Shown: positions 10,795 through 24,800 of the stretch, one piece after another | How the letters are laid out: each line of letters starts with the position of its first letter | How positions within the stretch are numbered: the first letter of the stretch is position 1 | Source: an uncultured Thermoplasmata archaeon | GTDB taxonomy: Archaea; Thermoplasmatota; Thermoplasmata; Lutacidiplasmatales; UBA184 | Reading direction: 5' to 3' | NCBI GenBank assembly: GCA_963696985.1 | Contig: CAVOMG010000001.1 | Location: 455,807-519,806, forward strand | DNA length: 64,000 bases | The notes under the pieces: model-generated | What the model was told of the DNA's origin: nothing | Seen by the model: the letters and a program-made list of their open reading frames with translations, nothing else | The model's database searches: none | Made by a program: the position numbers and the translations under genes

Positions 10795-11794
10795 TCAGGG
10801 ACGCCAAGGCGGGTAGGTCGGCACCGCGGTCGCCGGGAACCCGCCGGGGCGGGGCGGCGCGGCGAGCCAGGTGGTGTAGGCGCTCCGTAACTGCCAGAAC
10901 CCGTAGAGGAGCACCAACGGCGACACGAGCCCGAGCAGGCTCCCGAACGGGACGAAGAAGCCCGTGACGCTGAGGACGGAGAGGACGGCCCCGACGAGGA
11001 TGAACGATCGGGCGGAGGTCGCCACGGCCTTCACGGGTTCGGGGGCGATGGGGAGAAGGCCCCCGACCAAGCCGGAGGTTGCGAACCAGTAGGTCAGCAG
11101 GTTGAACACGACCGAGGCGAAGGCGACCGCCACGGCCAGGCCGACGACCGAATTGGCGACCGACTTGGCGATGGCGGTGGTATTGTTGCCCGTGCCGGCT
11201 CCCAGTCCTCCGGCGATCGCCGACAAGATGAAGGCGAAGACGATCACCACGGTCGCGATGATCCCGAAGATGAAGATCAGCGTAGTGTAGAGCCAGTCCC
11301 TTGAAGCGCGCTCGGCGGCTTGCGCGGCGGCGGGGCCGTACCTCCCCGGCCGACTCTGCGAGCCGTTTGGAGCCGGTCCGCCACGTCACCCACGAAAGGA
11401 TCAGGAGGATGAACGCCACGAGCGCGAGGAGCCCGCTGGCCGCCAAGACCGCCAGGGCGGCACCCCCGCCGAGCCCGAGGCCCCCCGCACCGCCGGCGCC
11501 CAACGATCCGGAGAGCGGTCCCGCCGAAGAGATGCTGACCGCTCCGAGGACGGCGGCGCTGATGAGAGCGCCCACGAGCGTGAGGATCAGGTAGACGACG
11601 TACCAATTGATCGCCCGTTGGAGCTCGCTCACGGCCTGCCGGGTCCTTTCGCCCGGGGGCGAGGCGGGGAACCCGCCGTACCATCCCGCCCAGCCGGGCG
11701 GCGGCGGGCCGTACCCGATGGGCGGTGGGGGCGGCGCCGGGGCATAGACGACCCCGGAAGGAAGCGGGGAGGGAGCCGTTGGGGGAGCGTCCAT
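10795..11794 (-). CDS. Multi-pass membrane protein with Pro-rich termini; frameshift ~11341
   Basis: N-terminus PAPPPPPIGYGPPPP followed by several hydrophobic helices. Removing one G joins it to ORF 10795..11250. Confidence 0.65.
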
Positions 11795-11850
11795 CGCCGA
11801 CGTTCGGGACGTTCAGAAACCCTTAACCCCTTCTGGGCGAGGCCCGGACG

Positions 11851-12231
11851 TTGCCGTCCCGCGCCGCACCGGTGAACCGATCGATCGTTCCGGCCCTCAA
11901 GGCGCTCGCGCCGGAGCTCGAGGCGCGCTTGTCTGGATCGCTCGATGGATTCACCGGGATGATCATCCGGGCGCACCTTCCCCAGCGCTGGGTCTTCGTC
12001 ACCGAGCCTTCGACCGCGAGCCTCGTCGTCTCCGCCCAGGGGAAAGTCGCGGTCGAGGAGGGCGCCGTGGCGTCGCCGGACGTCACGATCCGCACGTCGT
12101 TCGAGCGCCTGGAGGCGGCGTTACGGACCCGCGATCCCGCGAAGGTCCCGCCGGGCCCGCTAAACGTCGACGCCCACACGGAGAAGGGGCGCCGGGCGTT
12201 CGAGTTCCTGCGGCGCCGCCTCGGTCTCTAA
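11851..12231 (+). CDS. Small hypothetical protein, possibly SCP2/sterol-carrier-like fold
   Basis: G.V.VEEG....PDVTIRTSFERLEAAL resembles SCP2-like domains. TATA-like CCTTAA at 11821; start is TTG 11851 or GTG 11872. Confidence 0.5.
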   Translation: MPSRAAPVNRSIVPALKALAPELEARLSGSLDGFTGMIIRAHLPQRWVFVTEPSTASLVVSAQGKVAVEEGAVASPDVTIRTSFERLEAALRTRDPAKVPPGPLNVDAHTEKGRRAFEFLRRRLGL

Positions 12232-12238
12232 AAGCCCG

Positions 12239-12681
12239 CTAAGCGCGCGCGAGCGCGCGCATCCGGCCGACCATCTTCACGACGGCCCGAACGGCGTTCG
12301 CCGCGTTCTCGATACGGTCCTGGGCCTGGAGGCGCGTCTCGCCGGGCCGGAGATCCCGAGGCCGACCGGCTTATGGTACTGGACCATGAGATCGGCGAGC
12401 TTGCGCGCGGCCTGGCCCATCACGACCTCGTCGTGGTCGGTCTCCCCCTCGATGACCGCGCCGAGCGTCACCACGGCGTCGATCCCCGGGCGCGCGAGGA
12501 GCGCATCGACGGCGAGCGGCATGTCGAAGACGCCGGGGGTCTTCACGAGGGGACCCGCCTGCGCCCCGAGGAACTCGAGCTCCTCGCGGGCCCGCTCGAC
12601 CATCAAGTAGGTCACGTCGTAGTTGAACTCGCTCGCCACCAGGGCCACCGTCATCCCTTCGCCTTCCCGCTTCTTCGCCAT
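12239..12681 (-). CDS. ribH: 6,7-dimethyl-8-ribityllumazine synthase; frameshift ~12345
   Basis: VASEFNYDVT, PGVFDMP and LGAVIEGETDHDEVV. The repaired C-terminus GPGETRLQAQDRIENAANAVRAVVKMV stops at 12239. Confidence 0.93.
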
Positions 12682-12740
12682 CGTGTTCCTTCCCTATCGA
12701 ACTCTTGCGCTCGTGATCTGATCCTCGGCGACCTTCCCGC

Positions 12741-13635
<895 letters not shown>

Positions 13636-13648
<13 letters not shown>

Positions 13649-14364
13649 CGTTCAAATGCCTCGAGGATGTGGGCCCCTTCGACGAACGGCCAGCCGTGAT
13701 CGCTCGAGTACCTTCGGGCCGCGTCGACGGATCGCGCGCCTCCGGAGTCCCCGAGCATCTCGCAAACGGTCGCCGACTCGGGGAGGGAACCCATCCGGGC
13801 GAGCGAGATGGCGAGCTCCGTATGGCCTTTTCGTTCTTCGAGGAGCTTCGGCGCCGCGTAGAGGAGCGGGACATGGCCCGGGGAGCGGAACTCCTCGCGG
13901 AAGCGCGCCTGGAGCTCGGCCGGCGGGCGAGTCCGGGCGTCGAGCGCGAGCTCCCCGATCGCCCGAATCGTCGTCGCGCGGTCGCGGTCGGGGATCCCGG
14001 TGTAGTTCGTCCGATGGTTCACCGTGATCCCGAAGGCGCTCCTACGGTCGTAGCGGGGCGGCGGGGCGCCGATCGCCCCTAGCACGGGGTAGCGGGCGGC
14101 GCCGAGCGCGAGAAGCTCAGAGAAGAACGGGAGCCCGAGCTTCTCCTTGAGCTCGGAGGAGATCGCCGTGCAGATGAGGCCACCCGCGTCGGTGCGCAAG
14201 AGCCGGACGAGCTCCGGGGTGGCGAGGTGGGAGAGGATGACGAGGTCGGTCTCCCCCTCGCGGTCGGCCGCATCGAAGATGAGGACCGGTTCGCCGTGGG
14301 CGAGCGCCGAGAGCGCCTGGTCGACCTCGCGCGACCGCCCCGATGTCGACGGGACCCGCATCAT
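13636..14364 (-). CDS. ribB: 3,4-dihydroxy-2-butanone-4-phosphate synthase (archaeal type)
   Basis: DAADREGETDL, DAGGLIC, SAFGITVNHR, TGIPDRDRA, FRSPGHV, RKGHTEL and CEML. Confidence 0.95.
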
Positions 14365-14431
14365 CGCCTCGGCGAGCGGCCCCCGGGGGATAATATGTTT
14401 GGTAGCTACTCAAGAATGGGTTGATAGCCCG

Positions 14432-14450
14432 GTGGGAAGAAGAGAGTGAG
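14432..14450 (-). other. 3' arm of the 16S pre-rRNA processing stem
   Basis: GTGGG(14432-14436) and AGAGAGTGAG(14441-14450) are complementary to CTCACTCTCT-CCCAC at 16077-16091, giving 10-bp and 5-bp helices separated by a bulge. Confidence 0.65.
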
Positions 14451-14496
14451 GGCGAGGTGGGCCTCGACCCCCGACGCCCCTTGGCAGGGGCGTTCT

Positions 14497-15965
<1,469 letters not shown>

Positions 15966-16076
15966 TGTTACACACGATCCTGAATGGGTTTGTCTATACG
16001 GGTCGTGACCGATCCTCGCTGACTGGCGGAACTTTCGTGCTCTTGCATTTTGGACATGAGCTCATTTCGCGTCTAT

Positions 16077-16091
16077 CTCACTCTCTCCCAC
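16077..16091 (-). other. 5' arm of the 16S pre-rRNA processing stem
   Basis: Complementary to 14432-14450. Confidence 0.65.
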
Positions 16092-16276
16092 GTCAGTCCC
16101 GAGAGGTCACTCCCCGTCTCCGGGGAGGGGATCTCGGGGCTCCACGCCCCATCGGGCCATCTGTGGCGCTGCCCTGGAATGAACCGGTTCACGCATCCCC
16201 GGCTCGCCGTGGCGGCGCCCCGTTCCGTCGGGCCCGGATGGGTCCGGCGGGCGGTGCGGGTTTGGAGCTGGGAGTT

Positions 16277-16993
16277 CTATTTAAGTCGAGCGCCCTCGAG
16301 CTTCGCCATCCATCGCGGTAGCTCGGTGAGCGAGGTGATCTCGGGCGGGTCCGTCCCGAAACCGGTCCCGTCGCGGTGGAGCCAGACCGAGCCGAGCCCG
16401 GCGCGCTCGGCCGCCTTCGCGTCCGTGTAGGCCAAGTCGCCGACGTAGAACGCCTCGCCGACGCCGACCCCGAGGCGCGTGACGGCCCTTCGGAAGATCT
16501 CGGGGTCCGGTTTCGCGACCCCCTCGGACCCGGAGGCGACGATCGCCTGGAAGTAGCCGAGGATCCGGACCGGCTCGAGGAGCTCGCGGAGCGCCGAATC
16601 CGACCGGGCGTTCGAGAGGATGCCGAGCCGTCGGCCCTCCTTGCGGAGCCGCTCGAGGGTCCGCCGCACATCGGAGAAGAGATGGGCGACCCGCGGGAGC
16701 CGCTCGAGTCGCTCCACGAACTTGCGGCCGACGGAGATTGGGAGCTCCTGGCCCGAGGCCCGGCCCAGGACCGCCCGCCAGTATTCGTCGGTCGATCCCC
16801 GCTCGGCCCGGGCATCGAGGGCCTCGTCGGCCCATCGGACCGCCTCGGCGATCGCCTCCGGATGGGTCGGGATCGCGAGGTGCTCGGCGATCGCGGCGTA
16901 CTCCCCGAAGTCCCGGTCCTCGACGAGGGTGCCCCCGACATCGAACAGCACCGCCCGGAACTTCGGCGGGCTGCGAGCGCGCACCCAGGGCAT
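16277..16993 (-). CDS. HAD-superfamily hydrolase
   Basis: FDVGGTL (motif I), ILSN, KPDPEIF and YVGDLAYTDAKAA. Confidence 0.9.
   Translation of the reverse strand: MPWVRARSPPKFRAVLFDVGGTLVEDRDFGEYAAIAEHLAIPTHPEAIAEAVRWADEALDARAERGSTDEYWRAVLGRASGQELPISVGRKFVERLERLPRVAHLFSDVRRTLERLRKEGRRLGILSNARSDSALRELLEPVRILGYFQAIVASGSEGVAKPDPEIFRRAVTRLGVGVGEAFYVGDLAYTDAKAAERAGLGSVWLHRDGTGFGTDPPEITSLTELPRWMAKLEGARLK
16278..16285 (-). promoter_or_regulatory. Candidate TATA box of the 16S rRNA promoter (CTTAAATA)
   Basis: AT-rich archaeal TATA consensus about 310 nt upstream of the mature 16S; overlaps the HAD gene stop codon. Confidence 0.6.
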
Positions 16994-17048
16994 GGCGCGC
17001 TCGAGGCGCCGCGTCCCTATATCCCTCCGGTCCAGCGGAACGGACGGA

Positions 17049-17474
17049 TCAGGCGACGCTCACCGAGTCGATCGTGGTGTGGCGGAGCAGGATCGCCCGC
17101 GCGATCTTGAGGTTCTTCCCGGCCTTGCCGATCGCCCGGGCCCTCCAGGCCGGATCGACGGTCACGGTGGCGTGCCGGCCCTTCCCCTTCGGGGCGATCT
17201 CGACGGTGCGAGGGCTGAACGCGAAGAAGATGTTGCGGACGAGGGCCTCCTCCGAATCGGAGAACTCGATCACCTGGATCTCCTTCTTGAGCATCCCCTT
17301 GAACCGGTCGACGACGACCCCGCCCGGTCCGACGGCCTTGTGGATCTCGCCGGGCTGGACGAGGTAGATGAGCTTGTCCTCGGCCTCGAAGCAGTCCTTG
17401 ACCCGGGCCCCGGTCCGCTCCTCGAAGAGGCGGATGTAGCCGAGGGTCTCCGTATCGAAGGTGAGTTCCGCCAC
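17049..17474 (-). CDS. nusA: Archaeal NusA (KH domains)
   Basis: AIGKAGKNLKIA KH motif; conserved position after rpl30e. Confidence 0.93.
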   Translation of the reverse strand: MAELTFDTETLGYIRLFEERTGARVKDCFEAEDKLIYLVQPGEIHKAVGPGGVVVDRFKGMLKKEIQVIEFSDSEEALVRNIFFAFSPRTVEIAPKGKGRHATVTVDPAWRARAIGKAGKNLKIARAILLRHTTIDSVSVA

Positions 17475-17508
17475 GGCCGTGCTCGGGCGCGCTCGACGGA
17501 CCCGCCGG

Positions 17509-17802
17509 CTAGCCGCCGGTCTCGAGCGAAAGGATCGCCGAGGCGCCGGGGTCGAGGATCGCGAGCGCGCTGATCGGGTAGGGCCGGCCGCACGCCGCGC
17601 CGAGCTCGACGGCGGTCCCGTCGTAGTGGTAGAGCGGGATCTTGCCGATCTTGGTCCCCTTCTTGAGGGCCTCGGCGGGGCAGGTGTTCGAGACGATCAC
17701 GATGCGGGCCTTGCCCGCGTTCGCGCTCTCGAGGGTCTCGTTGACCCCGATCTTGACCTTGCCGGTCTGCAGGGCGACCTTGAGGGCGTGCGCGAGGTCC
17801 AT
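17509..17802 (-). CDS. rpl30e: 50S ribosomal protein L30e
   Basis: TGKVKIG, VSNTCP, ELGAACGRPY and ILDPGAS. Confidence 0.95.
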   Translation of the reverse strand: MDLAHALKVALQTGKVKIGVNETLESANAGKARIVIVSNTCPAEALKKGTKIGKIPLYHYDGTAVELGAACGRPYPISALAILDPGASAILSLETGG

Positions 17803-17804
17803 CC

Positions 17805-19097
17805 TCAGGCCTCCGTGGGCTTCGCTTCGGCGGGCGCCTCGGCGGGCGCGACGGGGAGGGCTGCGACCGAGGGGCGGTAGATGAGGTTCACGGCGCCGGT
17901 GCCGAGGGTGATCGGCTGGCCGACAATGATGTTCTCGGCGACGCCCTTCAGCTCGTCGACCTCGCCCGTGATCGCCGCGCGCAAGAGGTGGGCGGCGGTG
18001 ATCTCGAACGCCGCCCGCGCGAGCACGCTCGACTTCTTCCCGGAGATCCCGTGGCGGCCGATCGCGCGGATGTCCCCTTCGTTCGTCATGACATCGGCGA
18101 CGAGCATCAGGTGGCGGATGTCGACGCCGAGCCCTTGCTCGCTCAACGTCCGCGACGCCTCGAGGACGAGGGCCGCCCGGGCCGCCTCGATCCCGTAGAC
18201 CTTGTAGATCTCGAAGACGGAGTTCGTGGTCGTTCGGGTGGCGTCGACGCCGGGGATGTCGAGGACCCCTTCGAGGTTCGATCCCTCGGTGTAGACGACG
18301 TACTCCTCCTTCTCCTTCTTGATGAGGGCGCGCTTGATGCCGGGGGTCCCCTTGATCCGGATCGCCTTCGCCTCCTCGCTCGCCTCGAGGAGCCGCTTGA
18401 ACGGTCGCTCCTCGGCCTCCTCGGTCTTCTTCGACGCGGGGGCCTCGGCGATGTGGAGCTCGAACGGTCGGCTCTCCCCGGAGCCCGAAGCGTCCTTCAA
18501 GAGGAACTGCTTCGGGTCGATGTTCTCGGTGAGGGCCCGTTCGAGGTCCGCCCGCTTGACGCCCCGGGCCTGCATGAGGTCGGTCTGGGGCGTGACGATG
18601 ACCTTGAGCTCCTCGACGACCGTCCCGATCGAGGCGATGTCCGGAACGTTCGTGACCTCGATCTGGAGCGCGATCTTCTCGACGGCGTCGCGATCGGCCC
18701 GCACCTTCTTCTCGACGTAGACCGTCATCATCGGGGTCGAGGGGATCCGGCGGGCGTCGACGAGCTCGATCAGGCGCGGGAGACCGAGCGTGACGTTCAT
18801 CTCGGCGACCCCGGCGTAGTGGAACGTCCGCAAGGTCATCTGGGTCCCGGGTTCGCCGATCGACTGGGCCGCGATGATCCCGACCGACTCGTGGGCGTCG
18901 ACCTCGGCCCGCCGGTAGCGCTTCGAGACCTCCCGGACGACCTTCGTCGTCTCGGCCGGGCCGAGCTTGAGGGTCTTCACCTTGCGGGCGAGCTCTTGGA
19001 CGAGAGAGGGCGGCAGGTTGGCGCCCTGCTCGCGGGAGATCTCGCGGATGCGGCCCGGGATGTCGTCCTTGGCGTGCTTGTCCGTCGGCATCTTCAC
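17805..19097 (-). CDS. rpoA2: DNA-directed RNA polymerase subunit A'' (Rpo1C)
   Basis: [38 protein letters not shown] and ENIIVGQP. The GTG start overlaps the rpoA1 stop; an alternative ATG is at 19091. Confidence 0.97.
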   Translation of the reverse strand: MKMPTDKHAKDDIPGRIREISREQGANLPPSLVQELARKVKTLKLGPAETTKVVREVSKRYRRAEVDAHESVGIIAAQSIGEPGTQMTLRTFHYAGVAEMNVTLGLPRLIELVDARRIPSTPMMTVYVEKKVRADRDAVEKIALQIEVTNVPDIASIGTVVEELKVIVTPQTDLMQARGVKRADLERALTENIDPKQFLLKDASGSGESRPFELHIAEAPASKKTEEAEERPFKRLLEASEEAKAIRIKGTPGIKRALIKKEKEEYVVYTEGSNLEGVLDIPGVDATRTTTNSVFEIYKVYGIEAARAALVLEASRTLSEQGLGVDIRHLMLVADVMTNEGDIRAIGRHGISGKKSSVLARAAFEITAAHLLRAAITGEVDELKGVAENIIVGQPITLGTGAVNLIYRPSVAALPVAPAEAPAEAKPTEA

Positions 19098-21873
19098 TCC
19101 CCTCCGAGATCGGGGCCCTCTTCGGAGGCGCCGAACTCCTCGGTCTCCTCTTCCTCGCCCTCTTCCTCGAGCTGGGCCTCGGCGAGGAGGTCCATCTCCT
19201 CTTCCCCGACCGGCGGGGCCCCGGCGATCGGCTCCCCGCGGGAGTCGACGGTCGGCTTCACGCGTCGACCGAGCACCGAGGAGAGGACCTCGTCGAGCGG
19301 GACGGCCTGGCCCTGGAAGGAGCGGGCGGGGTCGATCCCATCCTCGCCGTAGCGGTACTCGATGATCGTCCCGGCGGTGTTGCGCACCGTCTCGTCCTCG
19401 GCGACGTTCAAGTCCTCGAGGGCGTTGATGAGCCGGCGCTGCATGTAGCCGGACCGGCTCGTCCGCACCGCCGTGTCGACGAGACCTTCCCGCCCACCCA
19501 TGGAGTGGAAGAAGGTACTCGGTGGCGCTCAGGCCCTGCTTGTAGCTCGAGGAGACGAACCCGCGGGCGTCGGCCCCGAGGTCGCCCCGCTCGAAGTGCG
19601 GGAGGGTGCGGCTATAGTAGCCGCGCAAGAGGCGCTCGCCCCGGACGCTCTGCTGGCCGACGGCCCCGGCCATCTGCGTCAGGTTGAGCATCGAGCCGCG
19701 CGCCCCGGATTTCGCGAGGATCACGGCGGGGTTCTCGAGCCCCAGGTAGCGGCCCGCGATGTCCCCCGCGGTGTCGCGCGCCTGGCCGAGCTCCCGGCGG
19801 ACCTGGACCTCGAGGGTCTCCTCAAGCGAGCGGCCGGGCATCTGCTCGAGCTTCCCCTTGCGGTACTGCTCGACCAGGTCGTTGACCTTGAGCCGGGCCT
19901 CGCTCAGCGCCTTGCCGATCTCCTTGCGGGCGTTCTCGGGGACGTCCTCGTCGTCGATCCCCGTCGAGAGGCCGTTCAGTCCGATGGCGGTGATCGCGAG
20001 CCGGCTCATCTCGTCGAGGAACTGACGGGCGCGCGCGGGCCCGTTGTTCCGGGCGATCGCGTCGAGGATCGCGCCCTTCCCGAAGGCGATCGCCTTCGCG
20101 TCGATCGTGCCGGCCTTGAGGACCCCCTGCTCGATGACGACGAACGCGTCGTGGGTGCAGCTCATCGGCGAGCAGTCGCACCGGTTCCAGATGTTCGAGC
20201 GGAACTCGATCGTGAGGTCCTTCGGCAGCACGAGGGAGAAGAGTCTGTTTCCCCAGCCAGTACTCCTGGCCGTCCCGGTCGGTGCCGGCGGGCGGCGGGA
20301 TCGGGAGCCTGAGCTTCGAGAGGAGGTAGGTGACCTGGGCGCGCCGGAACGACGGGTTCTGGTAGGTCAGAAGGAACGCCGCGGTGATGTGGTCGTGCAG
20401 CATCCCGATGATCGGGCCGCCGTAGCGGGGGGAGAGGATGTGCTCCTCCACCTTCATGAGGACCTTCGCCTCGGCGCGGGCCTCCTGGCTCTGGAGGACG
20501 TGCAGGTTCATCTCGTCCCCATCGAAGTCGGCGTTGTAGGGGGGGCAGTCGCACAGGTTGAACCGGAACGTCTTGTGGGGGAGGATGCGGACGAAGTGGG
20601 CCATCATGCTCATCCGGTGGAGCGACGGCTGCCGGTTGAACAGCACGATGTCCCCGTCGAGGAGCTGGCGCTCGACGACGCAGCCGGGCTGGACAAGCTC
20701 GGCGCACGCCTCGGCGTTCTTCTCCATGACCTTGATCCGCTGGCCGTCCTCGCGGACGAGGTAGTTGACCCCGCAGACGTACCCCGGCGCGTTCGGTGGC
20801 GTGGGGCCGCGCCGGACGAACTCCTTCGCGACCTCCTGGTTGTGGGGGGTCACGTCGAGGGGGACCGTGAGCGCCCGGGCGACCTCGACCGGGATCCCGA
20901 CCTCGTTGATCGACAGGAGCGGGTCCGGCGAGATCACCGTGCGGGCCGAGAAGTTCACCCGCTTCCCCGAAAGGTTCGAACGGAACCGCCCGTCCTTCCC
21001 TTTGAGGCGCTGGGAGAGCGTCTTCAATGGGCGGCCGGAGCGGTGGCGGGCCGGCGGGATGCCGCTCGTCTGGTTGTCGAAGTAGGTCGTGACGTGGTAC
21101 TGGAGGAGCTCCCAGAGGTCCTCGACCACGAGTTGGGGGGCCCCCATGTCGCGGTTCTCGCGGAGGCGCTGGTTGATCCGGAGCACGTCGACGAGCTTGT
21201 GGGTGAGGTCGTCCTCGCTCCGCTCCCCGGACTCGAGGGTGATCGACGGGCGGACCTGGACGGGCGGGACCGGCAGGACCGTGAGGACCATCCACTCCGG
21301 CCGTCCGAACTTCGGGTTCAATCCCATCGCCCGGACGTCGTCGTCGGGGATCCGTTCGAGCCGGGCGCGGACCTCCTTCGGGGTGATCTTGTGGCCGTTC
21401 TCCCGGAACGTCGTCGGCTTGTCGAGGATGATCTTCTGCTGGACCTCGTGGCAGTGGGGGCAGACGCGCTCCTCCTTGGGCTCCCGGGTCCGCACGGTCG
21501 AGTCGTCCGAGTCGGCGGTGGCCTCGGCCCGGCTCGACGGCGCGTCGGGAAGGATCCGCCCGCACGCTCGGCACGTCCCCTGGAGGAGTCGCTTGATCTC
21601 CTTCGCGTAGCCGACGTGGATCACGGGCATCGCGAGCTCGATGATCCCGAAGTGGCCCGGGCACTCGTTGACCCGGCCCCCGCACGTCCGGCACCTCAGG
21701 TTCGGCTCGATGACGCCGAGGTGCAAGTCCATGAGCCCCATCTCGATCGGGTAGCCGTCGTCGTCGTACGTGTCGGCCGTGATGATCTTCACGCCGCTCA
21801 TCCGCCGGACCTCGTCCGGTGAGAGGAAGGCGAACTGGAGGCTCTTGATCTTCTTCGAAAGTCCCTGCGTCAT
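19094..21873 (-). CDS. rpoA1: DNA-directed RNA polymerase subunit A' (Rpo1N); frameshifts ~20245 and ~19514
   Basis: CRTC...[33 protein letters not shown] (catalytic) and [13 protein letters not shown]. The three ORF pieces join with two single-base corrections. Confidence 0.97.
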
Positions 21874-21883
21874 CGAAGACCTC

Positions 21884-24800
21884 CTAGCGCATCTCCTCGA
21901 GCTGGAGCCGCATGATCACGCCGAGGCTGATCAGCTCCTCGAGGAGGAGCTTGAACGAGTAGCTCATCTCGACCGGGTAGATCGAGGAGGTGTTCCCGCA
22001 CGAGGGGCATCGGAGCGACCCCGCCCGGGTGTCGGGGATGGCGATGTGCCCACACTCTGGGTTCCCGCAGACGTACTGGACCGTGCCGTCCGACTCGTCG
22101 AGAAGACGGTCCTTGATCACCATGGCGACGCCGTGGCCGATCAGGGTGTCCCGCTCCATCTCCCCGAACCTCAGGCCGCCCTGCCGGGAGCGCCCCTCGG
22201 TCGGTTGCCGCGTGAGGATCTGGACGGGCCCGCGCGAGCGCATGTGCATCTTACCCGCGACCATGTGGTGGAGCTTCTGGTAGTAGATCACGCCGATGAA
22301 GATCTCCGCCTCGAGACGGCGACCGGTCATCCCATCGTAGAGCGTCTCGCGCCCGGAGGGGTGGAAGCCGAGCGCCTTCAGGGACTCCCGGAGCGCCTCC
22401 TCGCGCTCCCCGGAGAACGCCGTGCCGTCGATGGTCCGGCCCTCGAGCGAACCGACCTTGCCTCCGAGCATCTCGAGCACGTGGGCGACGGTCATCCGCG
22501 ACGGGATCGCGTGCGGGTTGATCAGAAGGTCCGGCGTGACGCCGTCCCGCGTGAACGGGAGGTTCTCCTGGGGGACGATGAGCCCGATGACCCCCTTCTG
22601 GCCGTGACGGGAGGCGAACTTGTCGCCGAGCTCGGGGACCCGCTGGTTGCGGACCTTGACCTTGACGAGCTTCGAGATGTTCTCCCCCTCGGTCAGGATC
22701 ACGCCGTCGACCCAGCCGGACTCCCCAAAGCGGACGGTGACCGACGTCTCCCGGCGCTTCTGCGGCGTGAGGAGGTCGGTCTTCTCCTCGAGGAACCTCG
22801 GTGGGCTCGTCTTGCCGATGAGCACGTCCCCCTCGCCGACCTCGAGCTCGGGGAAGATCAGGCCGTCCTCCCCCAAGTTCCGGTAGGAGGTGTCGACGCG
22901 CGCGCCGGCGACGTCGGGCCGGGGGATCTCGAACTTGTCCTCCTGGCCGCCCGGGTACTTCCGCTCCTCGCCCCGGTACGTCCGGAAGAACGAGGACCGG
23001 CCGAGGCCGCGGTCGATGGCGGCCTTGGAGAAGACGAGGGCGTCCTGCATGTTGTACCCCTCGTAGGAGAGGACGGCCACGATGAAGTTCTGGCCGGCCG
23101 GCCGCTCGGTGAAGTGGACGTAGCGCATCGTCTGCGTGCGCAAGAGCGGGGCCTGCGGGTAGTGGAGGAGGTGGCTGCGGGTGTCCGGCCGTCGCCGGTA
23201 GTTCACCGACTCCACGCCGAGCGCCTGCTTCGCCATCCCGGAGCCCATCGTGTTCCGGGGGGTCGAGTTGTGCTCGGGGTAGGGGATGAGGCCCGTGCAG
23301 ACGCCGAGCATCAGGTTCGCGTCGATCTCGAGGTGGGTGTGCTTCGGCTCGAGCCGAAGCTTCGTCGGGAACTCCTCCCCGCATCGGCCGCAGCGCAGCT
23401 GGGCGACGTCGCGCTTCTCACCGGCCGAGATCCATCGGACGTCGCCGCGCGAGAGCGCCCGCTCGCACTTCGGGCAGCGCTCGGGTTGGTCGAACGCGTC
23501 GACGGCGATGAGGGTGTCCTCCTCCTCTTCGGCGTCGAGCCACTCGACCTTGCCGGCGTGGATGAGGTCGGAGAACGAGAGGGTCCCCTGAGTGAGGTCG
23601 TCGAGGTCGGCCCGGGTGACCCGGGAGGCGCCGTCCTTGACCACGATGAGCGGGCGGCGGAGGCGGCCCGGGTCGCAGTGGACGATCACCTCGTTCATCT
23701 CGCCGTCGTAGCGGACGTTGATCTCGTAGGTCCGCTCGCCGAGCGAAGGGGACAGCGTCCCGGATCGCCGACGGTCGCGGATCTCCCGCACAAGCTCGAC
23801 CGGGGCGGAGTGGAGCCCGATCAGGTTCCCGTTGACGTAGACCCGGGCGGCCCGCTTACCCCTCGGCTGGTTCCCTTCCTGGAAGACCTCGGGCCCGATC
23901 TCGCGGGTGTTGAGGTCGCGGAGGATGAGCGTGACCTCCTCCTCGTCGGCGCCTTCGGAGACGTCGACGCACAGGGCGTAGTTCTTCACGAGCCCGCAGT
24001 TCTGCCCCTCGGGGGTCTCGTTCGGGCAGAGGCGGCCCCACTGGGTGGGGTGCAGGTCGCGCGCCTCGAAGTGGGGCTGGCTGCGCGTGAGCGGGCTCGT
24101 CACGCGTCGGAGGTGGGAGATCGCCGACATGTGGCTCGTGCGGTCGAGCACCTGGCTCACGCCGGCCCGCCCGCCGACCCAGTTCCCGGTGGCGAGGGCG
24201 TGCACGAGCCGCTGCGTGAGAAGGTCCGGGCGGATCGCGCTCGCGATGCGCAGGTCCTTCTTCCGCGCGAAGGAGCGCTCGAGCTGGTACTTGAGGTCCT
24301 TGAGCAATAGCGTGAACGCGACCCGGAAGAGGTCCTCCATGAGGTCGCCGGCGAGCTTGAGCCGCTTGTTCGCGTAGTGGTCCTTGTCGTCCTCGCCCCG
24401 GACCTTGAGGTGGAGCTCGAGGACCGTCCTCGCCATCCGCGCGAGGTAGAGGGCCTTCTTCAGGCGGTCGCCCTTCGTGTCGCCGAGGTGGGGGAGGAGC
24501 GAGCGGTCGAGGATGCCGTCGACCTTGCGCTGCCGGTACTCCTTCGCCTGGCCCGTGGCGAACTTCTTCTCGAGGTAGAGGAGGGCGTCCTCCGTGGTGA
24601 GGACCCCCTCGGGCGGATAGAGCTTCTTCGAGACGCACTCCTCGAGGTTGACGTTCAAGAGGTGCTTCATCGTCTGGACGAACGGCTCGTCCAGGGGCAG
24701 GAGCTCGCCGAGGACCGCCTGGAAGATCTCCTCGTCGTTCTTCATCCCGAGCGCCTTCATCAGGATCGCGAGCGGGATCTGGCCGGAGGCGGTCGGGACC

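Noticed and set aside
19094-21873. rpoA1 as a pseudogene, a further-split gene or programmed frameshifting (likewise alaS, guaA, sdhA, mutS, cdc48)
   Set aside because: These include essential genes with intact motifs; single-base indels are spread evenly through the window without consistent slippery-site or stimulator structures. Sequencing error is the simpler explanation.
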